Part shown: positions 19,047 to 25,983 of the stretch, piece by piece
Layout: the number at the start of each line of letters is the position of its first letter
Position numbering within the stretch: position 1 is the first letter of the stretch
Origin: a virus
Lineage: Duplodnaviria; Caudoviricetes
Reading direction: 5' to 3' (one strand)
DNA length: 30,252 nucleotides
Virus record (IMG/VR): IMGVR_UViG_3300030397_000323
Coordinates: 1 to 30,252 of that record
Notes under the pieces: model-generated
The model's database searches: none
Told to the model about the DNA's origin: nothing
Seen by the model: the letters and a program-made list of their open reading frames with translations, nothing else
Translations under genes and position numbers: made by a program

Positions 19047-21166
19047 AATATCTAGGTGATTTCGCAGAAGATGCAACAGTGCGGTTCAGTTGGGATACTG
19101 CCGACTCAGACGGTGCCAGTATCACGCGTGCGACTGATGGCACAATTAGTGTCTACAAAGACGGCGGCACGACGCAAAGCACGGCAGGTGTAACGGATAC
19201 CGAAGACTTTGACAGTTTGACGGGTGTGCATCACTGCGCCGTTGACACGTCGGCAGATGCGTTCTACGCGACGGGATCCGACTACAGTGTGATTCTGTCT
19301 GGTGCCACAATCGACGGGCAGACCGTCAACGCCACGTTGGCCGAGTTCTCGATTCAGAACCGATACAACCCATCGGCAGCTGCGAACGCATCACTGTTGC
19401 AGTCGACCACAATCGCCACGCTGGCGAGTCAGACATCGTTTACGTTGACGGCAGGCAGTTCCGACGACGACGCATACAACAACCAGTTGATTATCATTAC
19501 CGATTCGTCGACCAGTACACAGAAGGCTGTCGGTCGGGTCAGTGATTATGTCGGATCAACAAAGACGGTGACGCTCGATGCAGATCCAGGAGTGTTCACG
19601 ATGGCCGTGGGCGATACGGTCGACATCGTGGTTCAGCCGAACCGTGTGGCACTGGTCGATACCACGACCGCAAACTCCGACATGCTCAGTGAAGCACAAA
19701 TGGAATCGGCATGTGATGCCGCTTTGGCAACCTACGACGGGCCGACCGATACAGAAATGAACGCGGCCATCGACGCTCTGGACGATGTCACAGAAGCACA
19801 AGTGCTGGCTAAAATGACGGAAGCACTGGAGGCAATGGAGCTCAATCACCTGTTCGCTGACGCCTACAACCCAGCGAGTAAACCGGGCGTAGCAACTGGA
19901 CTGCTGAACCAGCTTGTCGAGAACGATTCTGGTGTACCACGCTTCACGGGTAACGCACTGGAACAGGCACCGACAGCCAGTGGTTCAGACGGGCCAACAC
20001 TGCTGAAGAATACCACAATCGCGACACTCGCCAGCCAGACATCCTTCACACTCGATGCGGGATCCAGCGACGACGACGCCTACAACAATCGCACGATTAT
20101 TGTGGTGGATTCGGGCGACACGAATCAGGTCGCTGTTGGTCGCGTGAGCGATTACACGGGGTCAACGAAGACAATCACACTGGCAGCCGATCCGGGTGTA
20201 TTCACAATGGCGGTCGGTGACACCGTTAAGATTCTGGCCATGCCGGGGCTGACAGCCGCTGAAGTCAACGCGGAAGCTGATACAGCGATTTCCGACGCTG
20301 GATTGGATCAAGTGATGTCACACCTGAGCAGCGGCACGGCACAGGCAGGAGCGGCTGGCACGATCACACTTGCAGCATCCGAGCCTGCCACAGCCGACTG
20401 GTACAACAACAAGCGAATCGTCCTGACGGGCGGCACAGGTGCGAAGCAATCGCGACTGATTACCGACTACACAACAGGCCGAGTGGCCTCGGTTGATTCC
20501 GACTGGGCGACGACACCAGATGCAACAACAACGTACGAGATTCAGCCGCCGGAGATCGTTGAGACGTCTAAAGCGAACGGCCGAACGGTGGCAATCACGG
20601 TACAGGATACGGAGGTTTCACCAAACGATATTGAGAACGCGACTGTTCGCATGGTCGCGTCTGGTTTCGATCAGGCGAAGTTAACTGACTCCAACGGGTT
20701 GGCAACGTTTTACGTCGATGATGCCACGTACACGTACACGATATCGAAGAACAACTACGCGGGAGACAGCGGCACGATTGTTGTTGCAGGCAATGTGACA
20801 ACTACGAAGACGATGGCGCAAAACGGCACACCATCAGCGGCGAATCCTGGTATGTGCAATATGACGGTTACGGCGTTCGATGAAGACGGCGCTGTTGAGT
20901 CAGGTGTTTCGCTCACTGTCACACTCAAGACCATGCCGACGGGCACAGGATCAGTTGGTGACAAGACACCACGCACTGAAACGACAAACGGCAGCGGTAT
21001 TGCGACGTTTACCAATCTGTTCCAGGGCGGTGTGTATGAGATCTACAGAGGCAACGCGCCAAGCAGTCCAACATTTGGCACTGCACCAAGTTCTGTGAGC
21101 GAGTTCACAGTGCCGAACTCCTCAACGGGTGAAATCAAGAACTTCGCAGGGGTGGATCCGTCATAA
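19043..21166 (+). CDS. Multi-domain fibre/adhesin-like virion protein (N-terminal Ig-like, 3 internal repeats, 2 C-terminal CnaB/carboxypeptidase-regulatory-like domains)
   Basis: T/A/D-rich 707 aa protein with duplicated TTIATLASQTSFTL.AGSSDDDAYNN domain, plus ENATV...TDSNGLATF...YTYTISKNNY and TTNGSGIATFTNL. Confidence 0.75.
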   Translation: MKYLGDFAEDATVRFSWDTADSDGASITRATDGTISVYKDGGTTQSTAGVTDTEDFDSLTGVHHCAVDTSADAFYATGSDYSVILSGATIDGQTVNATLAEFSIQNRYNPSAAANASLLQSTTIATLASQTSFTLTAGSSDDDAYNNQLIIITDSSTSTQKAVGRVSDYVGSTKTVTLDADPGVFTMAVGDTVDIVVQPNRVALVDTTTANSDMLSEAQMESACDAALATYDGPTDTEMNAAIDALDDVTEAQVLAKMTEALEAMELNHLFADAYNPASKPGVATGLLNQLVENDSGVPRFTGNALEQAPTASGSDGPTLLKNTTIATLASQTSFTLDAGSSDDDAYNNRTIIVVDSGDTNQVAVGRVSDYTGSTKTITLAADPGVFTMAVGDTVKILAMPGLTAAEVNAEADTAISDAGLDQVMSHLSSGTAQAGAAGTITLAASEPATADWYNNKRIVLTGGTGAKQSRLITDYTTGRVASVDSDWATTPDATTTYEIQPPEIVETSKANGRTVAITVQDTEVSPNDIENATVRMVASGFDQAKLTDSNGLATFYVDDATYTYTISKNNYAGDSGTIVVAGNVTTTKTMAQNGTPSAANPGMCNMTVTAFDEDGAVESGVSLTVTLKTMPTGTGSVGDKTPRTETTNGSGIATFTNLFQGGVYEIYRGNAPSSPTFGTAPSSVSEFTVPNSSTGEIKNFAGVDPS
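19394..20542 (+). repeat. Intragenic ~79-aa domain repeat: 19394-19630, 20000-20236, diverged copy 20327-20542
   Basis: Copies 1 and 2 match at 62/79 residues by manual alignment. Copy 3 keeps TITL...YNN..I......Q...I.DY. Confidence 0.9.
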
Positions 21167-21822
21167 TGGCAACACTCACCTTTCAGGACACATTCATCCG
21201 AGCGGACGCAGGCGAACCCGGCAACGACTGGGTTGATTCGTCGTCGGTGTTCGCAATCGCCAGCAATCGCCTCACAACCGATGGCGGTGTGGATTCGTCG
21301 AACTATCGCGCAAGACGACCAGCCAGCGAGGCTTCAACTGATCAACTGGTCACACTGATTGCGGATTCGATTGCTGACGGCAAGACGGTTCGCGTGGCAG
21401 CACGCTACACACATTCGCCGCAGGCGTTCTACTATCTGGAAGTCAGTCGAACCGCACTGACGATTCGAGCTGCAGGCGAAACCAATCTTGCTCAGGAGTC
21501 ATGGACGGGTGGAGCGGTGGCGTACCGCTGCTCGATCGCTGTCCGAGACTCAGGCGGCGCAACCTACGTTGAAGGCCGTGTAGCACTGGCGACGAATCCA
21601 GACATGGTGATTCAGTCGGTCACATACAACGAAGCGGCGGCAGTCGGTGCGGGAGCTGGGGCGTTGCTGGTGCCAGGTGACGGCAACATGAGCGTGCAGG
21701 ATTTTCGAGTGTACGACTTCAGTGACAACACATGGCCGAACCTTTGTGTGTCAGGTGGCGGGTGCAGCAAGGCGCAGCAGGTGTATTCACCGGGTTCATG
21801 GGCCGAGCAGGGAGGATGTTGA
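21166..21822 (+). CDS. Beta-rich virion protein (ConA/DUF1080-like)
   Basis: TAATG coupling, FQDTFIRAD...GNDW N-terminus, VQDFRVYD C-terminal strand. Confidence 0.65.
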   Translation: MATLTFQDTFIRADAGEPGNDWVDSSSVFAIASNRLTTDGGVDSSNYRARRPASEASTDQLVTLIADSIADGKTVRVAARYTHSPQAFYYLEVSRTALTIRAAGETNLAQESWTGGAVAYRCSIAVRDSGGATYVEGRVALATNPDMVIQSVTYNEAAAVGAGAGALLVPGDGNMSVQDFRVYDFSDNTWPNLCVSGGGCSKAQQVYSPGSWAEQGGC

Positions 21823-21823
21823 A

Positions 21824-22186
21824 ATGGCATATGTAATCAATGAAGACTCAGCATTTTCAGTGATGCACCGAGTTCACAATGCCGGTGAAGCAATCACGCA
21901 GGCAGACATCAGTTCGATTACTTATGCGATCTATCCGGTAGATAGCACGACAGCCCACACAGCCTCAACCAGTCTGGTTGTGGCGAATGTAGTGTTTGAC
22001 TCGTTGCAGACTGACGGACGCTGGACAGAAGACACGACCGGTTACAACTTCCGTCACGATGGCGAGTACACCATTTTCACGGAGCCCGGAACGTACGAGA
22101 TCGAATACACGTTCACACCAACAAACGGGCAGCAGTTCAAAATTGTGACTGATCCCATTGTCGTTAATGCGGTCAAGTCATCCTAG
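21824..22186 (+). CDS. Ig-like (BppU N-terminal-like) virion protein
   Basis: Start moved to ATG 21824 (GGAGG RBS). QTDGRWTEDTTGYNFRH...PGTYEIEYTFTP. Confidence 0.7.
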   Translation: MAYVINEDSAFSVMHRVHNAGEAITQADISSITYAIYPVDSTTAHTASTSLVVANVVFDSLQTDGRWTEDTTGYNFRHDGEYTIFTEPGTYEIEYTFTPTNGQQFKIVTDPIVVNAVKSS

Positions 22187-22198
22187 AAAGCAACAGTC

Positions 22199-22543
22199 AT
22201 GGACACAGCAACACTAGCCAATATCGAAGGCATGGACTGGAGCAACCTGAGTGCGCTCGGCACGCTGATGGCGCTCGTGTTGTGGTTCGCCACCAAAGGT
22301 CTACCGTCGATTATGTCGAAATGGGAGACACAGGCACAGGTGGCGCGAAACGACTTTAAGGAGGCGGTCAGTGATCTTGTGGAAGATTCGCGGCAGCAGC
22401 GACAGGAATTCCGCGAAGAGCTGAAGCTGCACCGTGAGCAATCCTCACGGCTGGCGATATCGGGGCACGAGACGGTGAAGGGGCTGACGGTAGAAGTCAG
22501 CAATCTGCGGGAAGCGCTTAGGCAGGAAGAAGCGGACTCGTGA
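22199..22543 (+). CDS. Holin-like membrane protein (single TM + coiled coil, BhlA-like)
   Basis: Hydrophobic LSALGTLMALVLWFA followed by a charged coiled coil. Last gene of the late operon. Confidence 0.55.
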   Translation: MDTATLANIEGMDWSNLSALGTLMALVLWFATKGLPSIMSKWETQAQVARNDFKEAVSDLVEDSRQQRQEFREELKLHREQSSRLAISGHETVKGLTVEVSNLREALRQEEADS

Positions 22544-22615
22544 ATTACGCGTCGTGCATTATGCAAGCAGCGTAGTGAGGGGCGCGGTGTCGTCAACCGG
22601 GGGGTCACCTGTGCG

Positions 22616-22822
22616 CTATCTGCAGGGGCGAAGCGTCAGCCGAACGACCTTACATATTCGGCCGACATACTCGCTGTTTAGGCGACAGCGGCCATCGAAG
22701 TAACGTTTCACGGTTCCGGGGTCCAATTCCGGATCGCATGATTTCGCGACCGCGTAAGCCGTCAGCCCGAGCGAGTCGGCTCGGGCTGCGATTGCCTGCT
22801 GGATCCAGTCGTCCGTGCTCAT
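22616..22822 (-). CDS. XRE-type helix-turn-helix protein (Aca-like regulator)
   Basis: GLTAYAVAKSC...DPGTVKRYFDGR...L.SEYVGRICKVVRLTL, GAGGA RBS, ATGA overlap with the upstream ORF. Confidence 0.8.
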   Translation of the reverse strand: MSTDDWIQQAIAARADSLGLTAYAVAKSCDPELDPGTVKRYFDGRCRLNSEYVGRICKVVRLTLRPCR

Positions 22823-23118
22823 GCCACGTCCTCTCGCACCAGATTGGCCGTCTTTCCTTCCATGTATTCTTCGTGCAGGCCGCGATCGAACGCTTCCTTC
22901 ATCGTTATTTCTCTGCTGGATTTCACCAGCCGCGGGGAGTGTATAACCACTTCGCCGTCTCGCAGCGACGATCCCTGCTCGTACTGGTCGGGGAGTCCGA
23001 CGCGGGCCGCCACGTCGTCAGCATCAGTCCAGCTGCCGGTATTCCATCGACCGGCCATATCCGCCGTCATTCGCACGCAGATTCCGCCGATTTCGTACTC
23101 GTTGATTTGCACGTTCAT
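22819..23118 (-). CDS. Small acidic hypothetical protein (candidate anti-defence protein)
   Basis: 99 aa with 18 D/E versus 11 K/R, GGAG RBS, first gene after its own promoter. Confidence 0.75.
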   Translation of the reverse strand: MNVQINEYEIGGICVRMTADMAGRWNTGSWTDADDVAARVGLPDQYEQGSSLRDGEVVIHSPRLVKSSREITMKEAFDRGLHEEYMEGKTANLVREDVA

Positions 23119-23155
23119 CTCTTCTATCTCCAGTGCCCGGAGGCCGCCGGGGCGG

Positions 23156-23213
23156 GTCAGTAGTCAACTGCTACTGACACAGTCAAAATATCGGCATATA
23201 CGCCGATAGTCAA
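23156..23213 (-). promoter_or_regulatory. Sigma70-type promoter with operator palindrome and 5'-UTR hairpin
   Basis: -35 TTGACT (23213-23208), 17 bp, -10 TATTTT (23190-23185). Palindrome TATCGGC-N6-GCCGATA at 23189-23208. Hairpin GTCAGTAG-N7-CTACTGAC at 23156-23178. Confidence 0.75.
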
Positions 23214-23246
23214 TGGGTATTGTGTTACAGATTTCTGGATTTTTTG

Positions 23247-23284
23247 AAAGACACCGAAAGACCCCCGGTCTCTGCAACCGGGGG
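23247..23284 (-). terminator. Intrinsic terminator for the minus-strand RHH operon
   Basis: Perfect 8-bp stem CCCCCGGT-N7-ACCGGGGG followed on the minus strand by TCTTTCGGTGTCTTT. Confidence 0.65.
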
Positions 23285-23417
23285 ATGCAACACCCAACAT
23301 CTTGTGCCCCGAAATGACACTCAATTTTCGCGCAAAAAGAGTTTCGAAATCCGATCTCACGACGCCGTCGGGACTTACGATCAACCACCCTGGCAAACGT
23401 CGAAATTGTCTTGGAAT

Positions 23418-23604
23418 AGTGTCGACTCAGATCGCATCGCTGGTACACTCGTCGTCTTACCTTTGGTGATGCCAAAGGCGCTATGACGAAAGCCAATTAC
23501 ATGATACTCGAGCAAAACAATCCAGCACATTCCGGCGTTGCTTATCGCCGTGAACACCGCGATCGATTCCTCAGTGGAATCTCGCCTCGCATCTGAGTCT
23601 CACT
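23418..23604. ncRNA. Candidate multi-branch structured RNA (probably minus strand)
   Basis: Closing stem GACTCAGAT (23424-32)/ATCTGAGTC (23591-99) plus AGTG/CACT encloses three hairpins. No convincing ORF. Confidence 0.4.
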
Positions 23605-23614
23605 GAGACGGCTT

Positions 23615-23749
23615 TCAAATCCCGCGAACCAACCGCAGGAGCAATGCGCCCAGAACAAACGCCAGAGCGATCTGAACTGGTGTCGGCCGGCGGAAGATCG
23701 GGGCCGGGTCGGTGTTGTCGGGAGTGCGGTAGGGGTTGTCAGTCAGCAC
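23615..23749 (-). CDS. Small membrane protein with N-terminal NPYxxP motif (44 aa)
   Basis: GTG start overlapping the upstream stop. MLTDNPYRTPDNTDPAPIFRRPTPVQIALAFVLGALLLRLVRGI has a C-terminal TM helix. Confidence 0.6.
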   Translation of the reverse strand: MLTDNPYRTPDNTDPAPIFRRPTPVQIALAFVLGALLLRLVRGI

Positions 23750-24062
23750 TTTCGCTCTTGGCAATCTGATGAGTAATAACATTGACATTGCTGCGAAAAT
23801 GGATGGCGTCAAGTGTGCGGTCTTCAGCCTCCGCTTCAGCTGCTGCCCGTTCAAATACTTCTTTATCAAGATACAGACCTGGTAGTTTATAGTCCGGCAC
23901 TTCCAACGATGACACGTGCTGCCACTCAGTTCCGTACACGAATCCAATAAACGCCCCAATGACTCCAGCAACAGTCCAACCAACGAGTTTCGACTTCCAT
24001 GACGAGCAAGGAAGATTATCCACAATCAACGGTTGTGGTTGGTTTGGGATATCGCCGGTCAT
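23739..24062 (-). CDS. Single-pass membrane protein (possible superinfection exclusion)
   Basis: TM LVGWTVAGVIGAFIGFVYG. Starts 3 nt after the RHH stop, AAGG RBS. Confidence 0.7.
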   Translation of the reverse strand: MTGDIPNQPQPLIVDNLPCSSWKSKLVGWTVAGVIGAFIGFVYGTEWQHVSSLEVPDYKLPGLYLDKEVFERAAAEAEAEDRTLDAIHFRSNVNVITHQIAKSESAD

Positions 24063-24065
24063 GAA

Positions 24066-24260
24066 CTACTTGCCTTTTTGCGACTGTTCAAACTCTGTTG
24101 CCGCTGCATCGAGTGTCTGTCGTACCCAAAACGAGAGATTCCCTTCCGATATAGCGTTAGCGATTCGCTGGTATCGGGCCTTCACCGCAGGGGTCACCTT
24201 TACGTTGAGTGGTTCGTCCTTGCGATCCTTGTCCTGTTTTTTGGGGCGTCCTTTTGGCAT
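24066..24260 (-). CDS. Ribbon-helix-helix DNA-binding protein, putative immunity repressor
   Basis: Start moved to ATG 24260. MPKGRPKK...KDEPLNVKVTPAVKARYQRIAN...NLSFWVRQTLDAAA is a classic RHH strand-helix-helix. Confidence 0.8.
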   Translation of the reverse strand: MPKGRPKKQDKDRKDEPLNVKVTPAVKARYQRIANAISEGNLSFWVRQTLDAAATEFEQSQKGK

Positions 24261-24270
24261 CAGGGCAATC

Positions 24271-24299
24271 AGGCTACTGTCCGCACAACATGACTGCAA
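24271..24299 (-). promoter_or_regulatory. Leftward promoter for the RHH operon (near-leaderless)
   Basis: TTGCAG (24299-24294), 17 bp, TAGCCT (24276-24271), 10 nt upstream of the ATG with no RBS. Confidence 0.5.
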
Positions 24300-24304
24300 T
24301 TCCG

Positions 24305-24353
24305 TACATTTTTCATACATTGGATTGACATATAATGTAATACCTTTTATAGA
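24305..24353 (+). promoter_or_regulatory. Strong rightward promoter with TACATT operator half-sites
   Basis: TTGACA (24325-30), 17 bp, TATAGA (24348-53). TACATT at 24305 and 24316, inverted AATGTA at 24334. Confidence 0.7.
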
Positions 24354-24440
24354 CGTGTCCGCACGGAGCACTTCAACTAGTCTCCGACCCGTTCCGGGCA
24401 GGGAACGCCGACAATCAGATACATCCGTTCGCGGATTTCA

Positions 24441-24483
24441 AGACCACGCATTCGCTGCTGCCCCAGCATTTGCGTGGTTTTTT
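24441..24483 (+). terminator. Intrinsic terminator / attenuator in the rightward leader
   Basis: ACCACGCA...TGCGTGGT stem with inner GCTG/CAGC, followed by a T-run. Confidence 0.6.
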
Positions 24484-24533
24484 CGTGGTCTGAAAGGACT
24501 GGCAATATGAACAGTTGAAACCACGAACAGCGC

Positions 24534-24579
24534 ATAAAAAGAGCCAGCCACCTGCATCTTGGCAGAAAAGGTGACTGGC
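24534..24579 (-). terminator. Minus-strand terminator (antisense to int operon)
   Basis: Minus-sense stem GCCAGTCACCT/AGGTGGCTGGC is fully paired with one G-U (a C-A mismatch on plus) and is followed by TCTTTTTAT. Confidence 0.55.
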
Positions 24580-24620
24580 GTGTCTTAGATAAGCATCCTT
24601 GACGCCCTCATCATAGGGCG

Positions 24621-24899
24621 ATGGTTCGCCGTATGTCCAGTGAATTCAACGGATACGTCCTCCGGGACGCTCGGGAATACCGCAACGAAGACGGTAAGGC
24701 TTACCCAGTCATCCCGGATATCAACGATCCATGCCTTGCCGTGGCCTACATCATGGAGGCCTGGTGCGGTGTCACTGGAAAGAATGCAAAGTCAAAAGCA
24801 TCAAAGCGAGCAGAGGAATTGGGGCTGGTTGAGTATGAGATTCGACAGCACAAAATGGTCCGACTGAGTCGCGTTTCTGAACTGATCGAGAGCGAATGA
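24621..24899 (+). CDS. Small putative DNA-binding protein (excisionase/wHTH-like C-terminus)
   Basis: ATGA-coupled to int. KASKRAEELGL...KMVRLSRVSELIE resembles an Xis wing. The start could be 24633. Confidence 0.6.
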   Translation: MVRRMSSEFNGYVLRDAREYRNEDGKAYPVIPDINDPCLAVAYIMEAWCGVTGKNAKSKASKRAEELGLVEYEIRQHKMVRLSRVSELIESE

Positions 24900-25975
24900 A
24901 AAAAGGTCAATCCAAGAGTATCGGACGACTGAAGCGGCCAAAGCCGTACTACTCAAAACGCGAAAAGCGATGGATTGCCCGCGTGTATGTCGGCAGCGGC
25001 AAGTACCGATCACGCTCCTGTCAGACGAAGGCCGACGCCTACGAAGCCATTGATGATCTCTGGCAGGATCGACAGGAAGGTGTTGATGGTTCTGAGACTG
25101 TGGCAACTGCAGTGGCAGAGTGGTTGCGCAGTGGGAGCTGGAAGGCAAAGACACGTCAGGACTATTCCGACACAGCCAAAAAGTTCGATACGATTGAATC
25201 CATACCGCTGGACCGCCTGAAGGAATCTCACATCAGGCAGATGTTGTCCGGGATCAAGTCAGCAGCTGGTCGCAAGCGAGTGCGGCGAGTCTTGAATACC
25301 TGCCTGAATTGGTGTGTCACAGAAAGGAAACTGCGAAAGAACCCGATTACGAAGGCCACAACTGTACGGTATGAACAACCACCAGTTCAGGTGTTTGATA
25401 AGCATGAACCGGCTTTGATTTTCAAGCAGATGCCAGAACAGTGGGCCTTGGCAGCAGAGTTGATGTTTCGGCTGGCGCTACGCCCCGGAGAACTGTGGGG
25501 GCTTCAGTGGTCTGACTGGCGAGGCGATCGGATCACGATCAGTCGCAACATCAAAGACATCAGAGGCCGAATCGTCGTGGAGTCTGTGAAGACAGCAGCG
25601 GGCCATCGAACACTACCGATCGATAGTCGCGCAATCGAAATACTGGAGATACGTCGAAAACATGCGTTTGCCCGTGGTTTCGCCAGTAAAACACATCCGA
25701 TCTTCTGTGGCCGTTCTGGGGTCTGGGGGAAGTACAGTTACTTCCGCAGCACAATATGGCCAAGAGCTCTGACTGATGCCGGTGTCGACTATCGAGTGCC
25801 ATACACGTTGAGACACACAGCAGCCACACTCATGCTCAACAGCGGGCAAGTGAGCCTGACAATCGTGTCACGATGGTTGGGTCACAAGAACATCGAAACG
25901 ACGCTCCGGCACTACGCGCATCTGATGACAGGAGAGTTGGAACAGGCCACGAAATTCTGGCAGGGGATCGGGTAG
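24896..25975 (+). CDS. int: Tyrosine integrase
   Basis: Arm-binding N-terminus (KRWIARVYVG...RSRSCQTKADA), LRPGELWGLQWSD, VKT, YTLRHT, LGHKNIETTLRHYAH. Confidence 0.95.
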   Translation: MKKGQSKSIGRLKRPKPYYSKREKRWIARVYVGSGKYRSRSCQTKADAYEAIDDLWQDRQEGVDGSETVATAVAEWLRSGSWKAKTRQDYSDTAKKFDTIESIPLDRLKESHIRQMLSGIKSAAGRKRVRRVLNTCLNWCVTERKLRKNPITKATTVRYEQPPVQVFDKHEPALIFKQMPEQWALAAELMFRLALRPGELWGLQWSDWRGDRITISRNIKDIRGRIVVESVKTAAGHRTLPIDSRAIEILEIRRKHAFARGFASKTHPIFCGRSGVWGKYSYFRSTIWPRALTDAGVDYRVPYTLRHTAATLMLNSGQVSLTIVSRWLGHKNIETTLRHYAHLMTGELEQATKFWQGIG

Positions 25976-25983
25976 CGTTGCAT

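Noticed and set aside
22573-22592. Similarity TAGTGAGGGG..GCG..GTGTCG to positions 18-39
   Set aside because: Short, gapped and partly within primer-derived N9 bases, so compatible with chance.
23220-23614. CRISPR mini-array or retron msr-msd
   Set aside because: No regularly spaced direct repeats and no RT gene nearby. Kept only as a generic structured-RNA candidate.
24436-24444. TTTCAAGAC identical to the attP core / complementary to the tRNA-Ser anticodon arm (T-box-like or Int core site)
   Set aside because: A 9-mer match in 30 kb is not unlikely by chance, and no T-box motifs are present.
23959-24510. 183-aa plus-strand ORF
   Set aside because: It is antisense to the RHH and membrane genes and runs through both promoters. 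The sequence is not protein-like.
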